From the NCBI RefSeq assembly GCF_026210795.1, contig NC_089429.1, positions 1,054,001 through 1,118,000 on the forward strand: 64,000 nt of DNA. The letters are read 5' to 3'. The DNA is from Rhizophagus irregularis. Taxonomy: Eukaryota. The position numbers were made by a program, and so were the translations under genes. Of this stretch, positions 11,508 to 24,798 are shown in pieces; the stretch's first letter is position 1; every line of letters begins with the position of its first letter. The notes below the pieces were generated by a model. The model did not search any database. It was not told the DNA's origin and worked only from the letters and a program-made list of their open reading frames with translations.

Positions 11508-14190
11508 CATGTCTGCTGTTAAAAGAGAAGAATATTTTAAGGAGACTGAACCGTCAGAATGGTCACTTGTCAGCTTTTTGAGTTGGAGATCCAAGCAACA
11601 TGAAGTATTACAAATGTCACTCGAATATAGCACCTGGAAGAGCTTTATTGAAAATATTGTTAATAACTCTCAACTACAGTATATAGTGATTTTGCATCGC
11701 GAAAGGCTCAAGAATTGGTACTTTCGTTTAAGGTAAAAATGTTTAAATAATATGATACAATATATGCTTGGAATCTGTTGGACGAGCCTTGATCCCACAA
11801 TTTCATTATGGATCTTGGTAGGATGCCTCAGTCTATTGCTGGACACGTTTGGGAGGTCCATGAGCCAACCAAATGATAGGTCCCTGAGCCTTGTCCAGTT
11901 CGATCAACAGTGTAGTGATAGGCCATGAGTTCTGATATCTCTTGGTAGGATGCCTCAGTCTATTGCTGAACACATTTGGGTGGTCCCTGAGCCAAACCAA
12001 GTGATGGTCCCTGAGCCTTGTTCAGTCTGTAACTGCGTCCAAGCATATAGTTGCTATTGATTCAGAGCACTAACTGCATTACCTGAATCTTATAATAATA
12101 AAAATTTAGAAGTACGGAATTTTTGGGATCAGCAAAAAATCTCTGATCTTTGATAATAGGTTGGAAATTGTATCAAAGGAAACCAAATTACAAACAACCA
12201 TTTCGGATGTGGAGTTTTTATATATTAATTGTTTATTACATATGTAAATTGACATGTTTCTACCAGCTCAAATACATTATCGACAAATCCGAAGCAGCAA
12301 CAACTCACTCTGCTCTTATGGGAGAAAGACGGAGTCAGATTCTGGAAAGTGAATTGAAACACAAGAGAAAGGTAATTAATGATGCCATGATCCACAAAAA
12401 AGAATAGTGTAAGTTCGCTATTTATGTATGTTTCATTGTATTTTTGTAGGATTTCTTTCAAAGTCCTGCTGAAGTATCAACAAATGTACTTATTAAACAG
12501 TAGAAAATAGATGAAGACATTCTCAATGAAATGGACAATGAGGAAAGCGATGTATGTTTTTCAATAATCCACAGATATTAAAATCAGGGAAATATCCAGG
12601 ATTATGTTTACCCATCTATTTTTTTTTTCTATAAAAAGCTTGCCAGTTATGCACATTTGCAGAAACTATTGAATGAAGGGGTACAATTACCAGCGAGTTA
12701 TAAACAAAAGAATGAAGTCAGGGAAAATGCATCTACATGCAAGAAGGTAAAAAATTCTAGGTAGTAGGTTAAGAGAACTTAAAAATTCATGTATATTTTC
12801 TATATTTAGACAAAAAAGCGTGTGAAAATTACTATGAAAACAAATTATTCAGGTGAAAAGTTTTCTTCTAAGTTTCCTTTTTCTTCTAATGAGGAAGATG
12901 AAGAAATAACAGTGAAATAACTTTTGATTTTACCAACCTTGAAAAGGATTTGTTTCGAGAATTGACCAATGAGGTATACCACTCCTTATGTTTTTATTAT
13001 TTTCCATATCTCACAGTCTGCATCCTTATATCAATATATCAAAAAGATTTAGAGAATACCAGATGAAAGCACTTGAAAAAGCAAAAACCGAAGGGTTGAA
13101 ATATGATGACACATGAAATTTTGTAAGTGTTCGTAAAATTGACCAGCCAATGATTTATGTTAATCATTCTTCTGTTAATTTTAGAACTTTATTGTCAATG
13201 ATGGTATTCCATTGGCCTTGTCTGTATCCTTTGTTTACTATTGAAGAATGGGAGGAAATAATGTCAACCAACCCATACAAGATTCAAGAATCTCTTCTTC
13301 CACAGAATAGTGGCGTACTCATTTAATGATTTGTAAGTTAACTTATTTTATAATAACTGCTCATGAGTTACATTGTAATATTCTTTTTAATGCATTACAG
13401 GTATAACTGTATTCCAGACATTGCACCACAAAAGATGACTGAGAATGAGCACTGTTACAAGTTTCTTCACCCAATCTCCCGTCCAATATTCTCTAATTCA
13501 AAAAAAGAATATGAACTAACATTGAATCATGCCAATAAAAATTTAACAAAGAGGCCAGTCTTTAGTTGTGTCATAGAAGATATACCAATCCTTAACTCAG
13601 AATTCAAACCTCTTGGTAGCATACCATTACAATGTAATAAAGATGAGGTGAAAGTACAGCTAAAGCACAGCTAAAAGCACAAAAATTGATAAATCAACAG
13701 CTACGAAGCAAAGGAGATCCAGGAGAAGTGGGCATATTCTTAAATATAGGTAAATGAGAGATTATTTAGAAAGTTGTTATTTTGTGTGTATTAAAATATT
13801 AAAGTATCTTCTGATAATCAGGTGCATGATTTGATGAAAACATATTTCATGAATTTGAGATATGATGGATTATATTCTTCATGGGCATTTCAAACAACAA
13901 TGATTGATAAAGCATCAATCCCATTAGCAGATTTTTCAATTAGTCATCTTATTGCTTTAAAAGCATGTATTTTTTTTGTCAACAATAACGAATCTTGTTT
14001 ACTACTTTCATTTGTTCTTTACAATCGTAGGAACATAGTGAAAGAATCGTGAAGGACTTCAAATACAGAAAGTGTAGGACTGGCAGTACTACAACTCCTG
14101 AACAAATATCATATATGCGTGATGAACCTGTTCTCCACAGATAAAGAAACTCCTTAGATATAATCCCCTTAAAAGAATCAAAATAAAAAT
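11508..14190 (+). pseudogene. Decayed multi-exon Glomeromycotina hypothetical gene with a C-terminal PD-(D/E)xK nuclease-like region
   Basis: Fragments MSAVKREEYFKETEPSEWSLVSFLSWR..., TENEHCYKFLHPISRPIF...KRPVFSCVIEDIPILNSEFKPLG and MNLRYDGLYSSW are linked by GT-AG introns, with stops and frameshifts. RP(D>V)F...NSEFK resembles a degenerate PD-(D/E)xK motif. Confidence 0.55.
11761..12049. mobile_element. Small GC-richer insertion with 12-bp terminal inverted repeats and an internal 127-bp-period direct repeat
   Basis: TATATGCTTGGA (11761) / TCCAAGCATATA (12049). TCTTGGTAGGATGCCTCAGTCTATTGCTG..GTCCCTGAGCCTTG occurs at 11813 and 11940. It lies in the first intron of the pseudogene. Confidence 0.5.
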
Positions 14191-14571
14191 AAGTAGTGTA
14201 TAAAAATCATCTGCTATGATCTTGTACCATTAAACTCCGAAGAATAATATTCTTATATGTGTGTGGGTGATATGATATGATGTATGGTATATGTTTATAA
14301 AGTGAAATCACTGCTATAACTTATAAATACACTTGATTGTTTTGAAGAGCGTGCAATTTATATGAAAAATGCGTTCAGAAATCATTATGTGCTTCTTAAT
14401 AATTAAACAGCCGAATGGTTTGCTAAGAAAAAAAATAATCACTTTCAAATCTGATTGGCCGATATACAGTAGGTACTGTATTTAGATTGTCCCATTTTTA
14501 CTTTACATTCATGAATTGTAATATACAGTGCTTATATTACATCAGGTTATTAAAACATGTAACATGTTATT

Positions 14572-16245
14572 TTATTTATTAAAATTGTAAACAATATCAT
14601 TTTCATTAATAAGTAAATTACGATATTTTTGGACTATAATATTATGCAATTTAAATTCATTTACTTCATCTTTCAAAGAAAACAATTCTTTACCATCATT
14701 ACAAATAAGTTGTGACTCTAATAAAATAGCCAAATATTTAACTTTTTCCTTTTTCATAATATGTTTCTTTATGTAAAATAAGACATTTTCTCCTTCATTT
14801 TTCATCGTATTTATAATTAATAATTTCTTAATAAAAGTATTTTGAGAATTTTTCAAAAATATTTCAAAATCATTTGTATTAAATGAAAGTGACAAAGATA
14901 AATATTCTAATTTAGAAGGAAGAACTTGTCCTAAATTTTGTAATACAATTGAGCTATATTCATCATAAAATGTATGATAATCGTAAGTATGCACTAAAAT
15001 AGTAAGATAATTAATATTTTGTCCAATATTTTCAATTAATGAATAAATATTAATGTCATTAGGTTTATCTGAACTAAAATATCTAATTTTTGGACAATAT
15101 TTTATAAATGATTTAAGTAATTGTCGTCTTGATTCTTCATACTCATTAGTATTACCAAAATTTGATACGGTCAATCCAAAATTTTCTATATAATCACCAT
15201 ATTTTTGTAATAGTAACTGTAATGATTCAATATGTAATATTTCATTCATGAATAAAGATCTTAATTTAAATGGTTTAATAACCTTAATAACTTGTTGAAC
15301 AAAATCAGAATTTAAACTACAATAAAGAATATGAATAGATTCTAAAACATTCAATTGATTGAATACTTCTTGTAAAATGTTATTTATATTTCTAAAGTTA
15401 GTATAATGAAATATAATTGTATTTAAAGTATTTGAACAATTAGAATTTTTTAATGATAAAAATGGATTATATAAATTATTATGACGTCCAAATGTAATTA
15501 TTTTGAGATTATGTTGTGAAATAATTAATTGTTGTAAATATTTTTCAATTAATGAAAATTTCTTAACATCACGTATGATAAAACAATTAACAAAGTGAAG
15601 TGATGAGATTGAATTGCAATTAGAATATAAAAATTTTAAAAAAGGAATGATAGCATTTTTGATATTTTTTTCTGAAATATTACTAGTATGAATTTTAAAA
15701 TTTTTGATATTATATATAAAATTTGGGTTTTGTAAGATCAATTCCATAATATCATTACTGTATTTACAATAAAAATTCGTATGAATTTCAATTTCAAAAG
15801 AACGTAAAATTCTTTCATTTTCAATGAACACTTCAAATAATGATCTATAAACTAGTTTTTTTAGCTTCTCATAATCATAAACCACTAAAGAACGAGACCA
15901 CATTCCAATAGAAGAATAAACACTTTCTATATTTAAATATTTAATAAAACTAGGATAGTTGAATAATAATGATGTATTTGAAGGTAATAAGTCATTAATA
16001 ATTCCATATTCATTGAATTTTTTTTTATCATTTTCGTTCAGGTAGGATAAAAAAATTTCAATATAATAATAATTTTGGGTAGGAATATTAAAAGGGTCTT
16101 CCCATAATAATGGAATCGCCAAACGACACCATAACCTACTAACTAAAATACATGAATACAAAGTTGAAAAATCTTTCCTAAGACACTTTATAATTTTATT
16201 TGTTAATTCAGGCAAATCTCCTGAAAATATTTTTGAGCATGCCAT
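14572..16245 (-). CDS. F-box-like domain protein (557 aa, intronless)
   Basis: Same N-terminal F-box-like motif. Closest paralogue of 4754..6415, with long identical stretches and a shared 3' flank. Confidence 0.85.
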   Translation of the reverse strand: MACSKIFSGDLPELTNKIIKCLRKDFSTLYSCILVSRLWCRLAIPLLWEDPFNIPTQNYYYIEIFLSYLNENDKKKFNEYGIINDLLPSNTSLLFNYPSFIKYLNIESVYSSIGMWSRSLVVYDYEKLKKLVYRSLFEVFIENERILRSFEIEIHTNFYCKYSNDIMELILQNPNFIYNIKNFKIHTSNISEKNIKNAIIPFLKFLYSNCNSISSLHFVNCFIIRDVKKFSLIEKYLQQLIISQHNLKIITFGRHNNLYNPFLSLKNSNCSNTLNTIIFHYTNFRNINNILQEVFNQLNVLESIHILYCSLNSDFVQQVIKVIKPFKLRSLFMNEILHIESLQLLLQKYGDYIENFGLTVSNFGNTNEYEESRRQLLKSFIKYCPKIRYFSSDKPNDINIYSLIENIGQNINYLTILVHTYDYHTFYDEYSSIVLQNLGQVLPSKLEYLSLSLSFNTNDFEIFLKNSQNTFIKKLLIINTMKNEGENVLFYIKKHIMKKEKVKYLAILLESQLICNDGKELFSLKDEVNEFKLHNIIVQKYRNLLINENDIVYNFNK

Positions 16246-16317
16246 GTTGGAATAGAGAAAGGGGAGGATTTCATTTCAAAATGTAAATAAATTTATATTT
16301 GTACAATTTCCATTAAT

Positions 16318-16420
16318 CCATAAAAAGGCAACAAGGGAACCAAAAATGATACGTAAATCGTTCCTTTTTTATGTAGTTCAGATAATTCCTGCTGATCTCT
16401 TATAGGTCATCGATTAATTT
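16318..16420 (-). promoter_or_regulatory. Conserved upstream block of the F-box-like paralogues
   Basis: CATAAAAAGGCAACAAGGGAAC..AAAATAACATGTA(A/G)ATC(G/A)TTCCT-like sequence recurs at ~16318, ~19867, ~39817 and ~63448, about 70-100 bp upstream of each gene start. Confidence 0.55.
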
Positions 16421-18116
16421 GTTTTATTCATAATCATGTGAAATTAGTATATGTATATGAATCACTATGAAATAATCTTTTAATTGGGTGTGTCAAATCC
16501 TATAATTATTTACAAATCATTATTTTTTGAACTTTAATTTAATTCATGATCCGTAAGTCAACCGCAAAAAATTCATATATGATTTCAGTGCAAAATTTAT
16601 TTTAATACATAATATTTATCCCAAAGTTTTAAACAGTTTAATTTTTACAATAATTTTTTTACCTTTTATTTGATCACGAATTAAGTCATTTATTTCATTT
16701 CTCAGAGGAAAAATTTTTTCATAATTTATAATGTAATTATTTTCACCTTCTTCTTGATTATATCATTAATGAATAACTTTTTAATAAAATATTTAAGATA
16801 CTTTAAAAGACACTATCTTAAAATCTTGTAATATAACTGGGTAAATTTTAATTATTTAAATATTGAACTAATAACAGCTCATGGATCAATGAACTCAAAT
16901 TATCTAGATAATTAATTGTGCGCACACAATTAATAATATTCTGCAAACAAATTGTAATATGAACATCCAAAATTAAATTCTTTAAATTTATTAAATTTAC
17001 CATAATTCCAGTAATATTTTTTTACTGTATTATATTATATCATATCATATCGCTTTATTTAGATAGCAGTTTTTTATTATATTATTTTTGTTACACTGTT
17101 AACAGGTGGTTAGGTCTAATTGGCACATCTTGTCACGGACAAAATTTAGTTGTGCATATACTAGCCATAATTAACAAGTGCAAAGTTTACTAAATATGAG
17201 ATACCATCTTTATATATAGAGATCTAATGACAAACACTTAAACAGCCATTACTACTGTATCTGAGATGCATCAACTGTGACATGATATGCATATTAAAAT
17301 TGGCCTAAATTCTAGAATGAAAAAAAGTATTAGTTAGTAATACTTTTTATCCCACAGTTCCTAGTTAAAATTCGTGATTTTTTTTCTTGATATTTACACG
17401 GGTGGTGTTTATTTTAAAAGATGGGTAAAAAAGTCTATCAATATTGAAATAAAAAGTCTATCATTGTTAGTCCAAATATGTATATTAAAAGGCTTTATGG
17501 TACAGATACCGTGATATAAATCAGTTATTTCACGGAGTTACTGTGGAATCCCCGTGAAATAACTGTTACTTATTTCAATGATTTTATAAACCTCATACTT
17601 CTCAATTAATATAAATCTCTCAAAATCTTTTAAATTTTGAAACCACATAAACTAACATTTACTTTTGTAGAAATGCTATACCCTGAATTATAAAAAAAAC
17701 TATTAAATTTACCAATTTTAAGTTATTATTTATTCGTTGAGGATAATGTTTTATTCCAAATGTTATTTAAAAGTAAAAGAATGCCCCGAACTTTAAAAAT
17801 TATCATTTAAGTAAAAAGAATTCGTATATGTCACTAACCTACAATGTCCAAGCTGATCAATTACCTTAAATTCATCATTATAAACTTAATGGTCGTACCT
17901 AAAGGTATTCATGATTTAACATTTAATGGCTTCATATTTACAGTGGTAATCTTTTATAGATTTTATTTATTAATACAAATAAAAAAAATTTTATTAATAT
18001 TGATCTGATGGCAACAAAGTTGCCATACATTTAGCCTAATTTAATAGTTACAGTATATTAATAATTGAAATATTTTGTATCTTTCAGTTTTTAAGATACA
18101 CATGCAAGTTATTAAA

Positions 18117-19775
18117 TCATTTATTTAAAATGTAATAATCTTCTAAAAAACTACTTGCAGTAATATATAAATCAACATATTTTTGAACTATAATATTATA
18201 TAATTTAAATTCATTTACTTCATCTTTTAAAAAAACCAACTCTTTATTATAACCTTCATTCTCTTCATTCTCTGCATCTAAAAAAGCAAAATATTTAACC
18301 CTTTCCTTTTTCATAATATATTCTTTTATATAAAATAAAATATCTCTTTCTCCATCAATATTTTTAATTAATAATTTCTTTATAAAAATATTTTGTGAAT
18401 TATTTAAAAATATTTTTAAATCATGTATATTAAATGAAATTGATAAACATAAATATTCTAAATTAGAAGGAAGAACTTGTCCTAAATTTTTTAATACATT
18501 TGAACTATATTCTTTATAAATTGTATGATAAATGAAATCATCCAATTCAATAGTAAGGTAGTTAATATTTTGTCCACTTTGAATTAGTGAGTAAATATTA
18601 ATATCATCAGGTGTACCCGGATCAAAATATATAAGGTTTGTACAATATTTCAAAATAAATTCAAGCAATTGTCGTTTTGGTTCATCATATTTAGTTTCTT
18701 CTATAAATCCAAAACCAAAATTTTCTAGATAATCACCAAATTTTTGTAATAGAAGTAGTAATGATTCAACATTTAATATTTCATTCATGAATAAAGATTT
18801 TAATTTAAAAGGTTTAATGACCTTAATAATTTGTTGAACAAAATTAGAATTTAAAGAATCACAATAAAGAATATGAATAGATTCTAAAACATTTAATTGA
18901 TCAAATACTTCTTGTAAAATAGTAATTATATTTCTAAAATCAATACTATCAAATATAATTGTATTTAAAGTATTTGAACAAAGAGAATTTTTTAATGATA
19001 AAAATGGATTATGTAAAATATCATTAGATCCAAATGAAATCATTTTGAGATTATGTTGAGAAATAATTATTTGTGAGAAACATTTTTCAATTAATGAAAA
19101 ATCATTACTATTAACATTAAATATATGAAAATGAAAAATAATTGATGAGATTGAATAACAATTCGAATATAAAAATTTTAAAAAAGGAATGATATTCATA
19201 ATATTTGAAGGTGAAGAGTTATAATTATAGAAGAATTTTATATTTCTGATGTTGTAAATAAAATTTGGATTTTGTAAAATTAATTCCATAATAGTATAAT
19301 TAAAATCACTATCCATGGCCATTACAACTTCAAAAGAATGTAAATTTCCTCCATTTCCAATGAATATTTCGAACAATGACTTATAAACTAAATTTCCTAG
19401 CTTATTACAATAATCATATTTCATCAAAGTTTCAATCCACTTTCCAATAGAATGACGAATATTTTGCATATTTAAATATTTAATAAAACTAGGATAATTA
19501 AATAATGTATATGTAGGTACTAAATCATAAATTCCATATCCATTAAATTTTGCTTTACTATCTTCATTAAAATAGTGTGAATAAATTTCAATACAATGAT
19601 AATTTTTGGTAGGAGCCGAAAATGGATCTTCCCATAATAATGGTATCGCTAAACGACACCAAAATCTATTAACTAAAATACATGAATACAATGTTGAAAA
19701 ATCTTTTCTAAAATACTGCACAATTTTATATGTTAATTCGGGTAAATCTCCTGAAAATATTTTTGAGCATGCCAT
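18117..19775 (-). CDS. F-box-like domain protein (~552 aa from MACSK start)
   Basis: Paralogue of the other F-box-like ORFs. Start set at the ATG at 19775 by homology (MACSKIFSGDLPEL). Confidence 0.85.
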   Translation of the reverse strand: MACSKIFSGDLPELTYKIVQYFRKDFSTLYSCILVNRFWCRLAIPLLWEDPFSAPTKNYHCIEIYSHYFNEDSKAKFNGYGIYDLVPTYTLFNYPSFIKYLNMQNIRHSIGKWIETLMKYDYCNKLGNLVYKSLFEIFIGNGGNLHSFEVVMAMDSDFNYTIMELILQNPNFIYNIRNIKFFYNYNSSPSNIMNIIPFLKFLYSNCYSISSIIFHFHIFNVNSNDFSLIEKCFSQIIISQHNLKMISFGSNDILHNPFLSLKNSLCSNTLNTIIFDSIDFRNIITILQEVFDQLNVLESIHILYCDSLNSNFVQQIIKVIKPFKLKSLFMNEILNVESLLLLLQKFGDYLENFGFGFIEETKYDEPKRQLLEFILKYCTNLIYFDPGTPDDINIYSLIQSGQNINYLTIELDDFIYHTIYKEYSSNVLKNLGQVLPSNLEYLCLSISFNIHDLKIFLNNSQNIFIKKLLIKNIDGERDILFYIKEYIMKKERVKYFAFLDAENEENEGYNKELVFLKDEVNEFKLYNIIVQKYVDLYITASSFLEDYYILNK

Positions 19776-20969
19776 GTTGGTAAAGGAAAGATGAGAGGCC
19801 TTCATTTTCAAAATGGAATTAATTTATCAATTGTCGGAACGTTTGTTGTACAATTTATTTAGTATTCCATAAAAAGGCAACAAGGGAACCTAAAAATAAC
19901 ATGTAGATCGTTCCTATTTTGTGTAATTCTGATAATTCCTACCGATCTTTTATCGGTCGCCAATTAATCATAATGCCTGTGCTACAAGAAATTAGTATAC
20001 CTGATATGATCTTTTAATTGTTTGTGTCAAATTCTATAATTATTTACAAAATTAAAGTATTATCATTTTTTGAACTTTAATACTATAAGTCATTTTTTTT
20101 TTTAGAAAAACTTTTTTTTTAATATATATAATAAATTGTTTTACGTCTTTTACCTCATTCCTCAGTTTATATTATTAATAAATAATCTTTTAATAAAATT
20201 TTTAGAATATATTAATAGATTAACTCAAATAATTTGAAATTATTTTTAAGAATTTTCCTAGATTTTATAATATAATAGTGAACTTAAAGAATTCATTATA
20301 CTTTCAGTGATAAAAAATTATATGTTATGAAAAATGACATCGTTCACCGATAAATAATCAAAATTTTTAGCAAAAAATAGTGATGTAATCAAAAAACGAT
20401 CAAATTATTATCATACCATTACGTAATTCTATGATAGCAATCCTTAATAATTTGTTGGGACGTTACACAATTCAGATTTATTTATTGCAGTGTAATCAGT
20501 TAGTGTAATTTAAATATCACAAATTTTTTTAGTTGTATAGATTTTAATTTTATGAATCTTTCAATTTAACTGAATCTGAAATTATGTGATTGCAATAATT
20601 TCATGCTGGGTGTATCATTGGAATACACTACATGTTAAATATTGGATTATATATTCTACCATATGAAACTTTAATAGCTTACACAAATAGTATAAAATTT
20701 ATACAAAGGCCAAATTAATTTGCAAAAAGCTTATGATATTTTCAAATAAATTGAAACGTGATTTGTGTGAGTATGCAAAAAGGATATATATTAAAGTGAC
20801 TCATTTGATTTATTCAACTTTTTGGGCATATTATTTGGACACAATTTAATGCATTTCAACAAAGTTTATTAAAAAAAAATTATACTATCGTCCCGTAATT
20901 AATTAAGAAATTTACAATAAGAAACACACACACAAAAAAAAATAATAATAATGTTTTAAAATAATTTTA

Positions 20970-23118
20970 GTTACTTTCGGTAAACAGATTCTTTTCAGTA
21001 AACAAAAGTTCAATATTAACTGGTCGTAATAAAAATTAAGAACGAAAAATCGACTTTTCTTTGTTAATACTATCTTTTGGAATACTTTAACAAATATATT
21101 TTTATTTTATTATATAATAAAATAAAAATATATTTGTTAAAGATTAAAGACATTATAATAACTTACAAAACACGGAAAATATAGCTCGTTGTTCCATTAA
21201 AGTAAAAATTTAGTCCAATTCTAAGAAAAAATAAATAAATAAATAAATAAAAAAAGTAATCAAGTAACCAAATTAGGACTCTCCATAATGCTTATGGTGA
21301 AAAAATACGTACCAGTTCCTATGGCCAGCAGAAAATAGGATCCAAAAAAATGGATGCCTTTTTTCATTCATTAAAAATCTATCAGGATTTGTATTGATTT
21401 GGATTTTCCCAGTATTTAAAGTTATGATGGATTTGCCATATATTCATGATACACAAGACACCTTTAGGTACAACGTAAGATCCAATTTTAATCGGTTTTG
21501 ATGGTTTTCGAAAATTTGTTAATGTAGTTGGTGGATGAATTCTTAAAGATTCCTTAATGATTGCATTAACGTAATTCATTTCCTAAATAATGAAAAGGTT
21601 GAATGTTTGCATATATATACATGGCAAAAAAAGAGATGAACGAAAAATTCTGGCATATACTATTATACTTATATACTTACTTTTAATTGTTCTGAAGTTG
21701 GTATGGTTAGATTATTTCCAAGTATATTAATTACTTCTGATCTAGTTCTTTCTTGCATTTCCTATTCAAAATGAAAAAATATTATACCAAAATCATACAA
21801 AAAAAAAATAATAATAATAATTATCGACTTACGGGATATTTTGCAAGATAATAAAATGACGTAGCTAATGCAATTGACGTGGCTATTAAAAAAGACCAAT
21901 CGTTACAACTTAATTGTTACAACTCAATTGTTACAACCAAATTGCTATAAATCAATTTTATAACCTAATTGTTTACAACCCTATTGTTATAACTCAAGTA
22001 CTAAGTCATGACCCACAACAAAATTATTTACCATCTCATCCATTAATTGGTATTAATTTCTTCTTGTTCACCATATTCTAACATTTTAGTTAATAAATCA
22101 GTGCTATTTTCTTTGTTATTAATCTTATTATTTTTCATTTCATCCTTCTTCTTTTCTATAATTTCATAAATAAAATTATCAAATTCTTCGACAGCTTTAA
22201 AGAATTTTTTATTTGATTCCAAAGGTAATTCATTAATTTCATTTATGAATGAAAATATCATACGAAGAGGAGTTCCAATGAATGAAATATTATGTTTATT
22301 AACATTTATATAATGAGGAATTTCGGGTGATTTCAAACACTAGAAAAGAGAAGATCAAATTATTTCCCCGATCATCAAGATACCAACAAATTAAAAATTT
22401 GTTTACACCAAATTGATGACTGAAGGCCATTTTCCCCAATATTTCAATCGTAATACGTTGAAATAAAGTAAAAATATTGATCGGTCCACTTAAATTCTTT
22501 TTCATAAACGTAAAAAGTTGCAGAGTAGTTTTATCAATCAAGTCAAACTTTCTATATGTTTTCCATAAATGGGTTAAGTGACCAATCAAATTAATACGGT
22601 ATAGTAATTATTAAAAAAATTTATATCATACATACTTCATCATTAGAATAAAAAAATTCAAATTTTGGTACATCCTCCTCTAATTGATTATAGTTTAGAA
22701 TTATGGTTTTACTTTATGTAAATCCTTGAACTTCATATTACCCGGTGCCATTAATAGATCTTTTACACATTCGGGACTTACAAAACTAATTTGTTTGAAT
22801 GGACCAATTCGAGTCTAACAAAAATATAGTTAAAAAAAAGTACTGCGCCCGCCCGCGGACAGTTCACGACATAAATCACATAAATTATAAAACATTTTTC
22901 TTTTCATGAGGAAAAAAAAAAAATTAAAATGAAATGTTTTGGTTTTACCAAATATATTTCATGATCTCCTGAAGATTTTGACATAATTTCTTCAATTTCA
23001 TCATGAGGTTTCTGTCTCATCAATGCCCACATCGTTGGTAATCCAGAAACGTATAAAATTATAAACATAATGAATAATAATAATTAAAAGTATAGTAAAA
23101 AGTATGATCAAAAAACAT
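20970..23118 (-). pseudogene. Cytochrome P450 pseudogene
   Basis: Exons give an N-terminal hydrophobic anchor, I-helix-like FVVGHD, K-helix IIKESLRIHPP, IHHNFKYWENPNQY and heme-signature FSAGHRN/C-IG. Frameshifts occur at the start, in the PERF region and after the Cys, and there are internal deletions. Confidence 0.85.
21897..21995. repeat. Minisatellite (~13-bp AATTGTTACAACT unit, ~7 copies) within the P450 pseudogene
   Basis: Repeated ttgttacaac / ttgttataac units. Confidence 0.75.
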
Positions 23119-24798
23119 GATTTAAAAATAAAAAAAATATTTTCTTAAAATAAAAATAATTTAAATAATTTGAAGTTTTTGTTTCTTTTAAAAGCGGGTA
23201 AATATTAGACATTTCAACCATGATCATCTGACTTTGATAAATTATTTATAATGAATAAAAAGTAAATGTGAAAGATTGTGAAAATAACGGAAAAAATATA
23301 ATTAATAAAAGAGTATATAAAAAAGAAAGAAAGAAAAGGAAAAGGAAAAGTGCACAAAAATCAGCTGATTGATCTGCCGTATATCAATTAGGCTCGTTCT
23401 ACCTTACATCAAATAGACTCATTCAAATCTTAATTACTTTAACAAATAACGAGTATGAATGTTTGGATGAATTTATTAAATTTATATTGTTTCAAATTCA
23501 AAAAGTTCAAATAGTTTCCAAATATACGTTCATTCACGTTTATTCATTAAAAAATTTTGCGATATATTTTAAAAAATATAACAATAACAGATAATATTAC
23601 GTCTATAAAAAAAGTACTAGTAAAAAAATAACGTGTCGATAATAATGTGATTGTGAGCGTCGGGTTTATGTTGTAGCGGGATTCTGATTGTTGGATACGG
23701 ATGTAATCAAATAGATAAGAAAATATTATCTTTAATTAAACTCATAGAAACTTAAAATAAAAAATCCATCCCATTTCTGATATGTATAAATGGTGTTATG
23801 TAAATTTTTTCTTTGTACTAGTTCTACATCTATTACAAATAAATTGATAATGTTTTTACCATAAAAAAAAAAAAAATAATAAAAATAAAAAATCCGAAAT
23901 CTTTTTTATTATAATAAGAAGGTTTTTAAAAAATTGGGTCGTGCATATGCATAATTAGATTATTTCTATTGGTAAACTTTTCACATTCTTCCTACGATAT
24001 CATCCTAATTTCCAATTTCATTAATGATAATATTCACCGAAAGTATAAAATTGGAAATAATGTAAATGAATAAAATGCATTATCATCATACCTCAAAAGT
24101 CTTTTTTAAAAGAGAGTCCATTGTCTGCATGCAACACTACCAAAGATTTAAAAAATCATTGTTTTTTTTTCTGTTTATTCTCATTACTCAATAATAAATA
24201 ATTGCTTACATTATACATAAATGAGTGTGACTTTTACATCCTAAACCCTAATCTTTAGAATCCTGTTTAATCATTAAGGGGGATATTATACTATTTTGGA
24301 TCTGTAAAATATTGCTTTCCTCCGCTTATTTCTGTCTCTTTTTTTTTTATTATTGTTTAGAATATTTCAAGGAATGTTTTTACTATCTTATGATATTATT
24401 TAATTTTTTAATAACAGATAAAAGAAAAATAAATAAAAAAAATTTTATATACGTCAAAAATCAGAAGATATTTTCGTTAATATTATTTTTTCTTTTTTTA
24501 TTCAAAACAAAAAAAAAAATTTATAAATCTTTTTTCTTTTTTCTTCTTTTTCTTTATTCTATTTGTTTCCTTAAAAGAGAAGTCCAATAATCTTTTTTTT
24601 TTTGTAGGAAAAGTTTAAGTATTGTTTTTTATTAAATACGTTCTATTATTAATTTGGAAATAACGATTTTTTTTTCTAAAGTTAATGCAATAATAATGGG
24701 TATCATATCCTAAAAAGTCTTTTATCACGACCAAGTAAACTAAATGATTTCGAAAAAATTCCATCAATACCTACACTAAAATTTATGTAGACTATGAT

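Noticed and set aside
11813..12026. Direct repeats with a spacer as a possible CRISPR array or hammerhead ribozyme dimer
   Set aside because: There are only two long units in a eukaryotic context with no cas genes, and no CTGANGA/GAAA hammerhead core was found.
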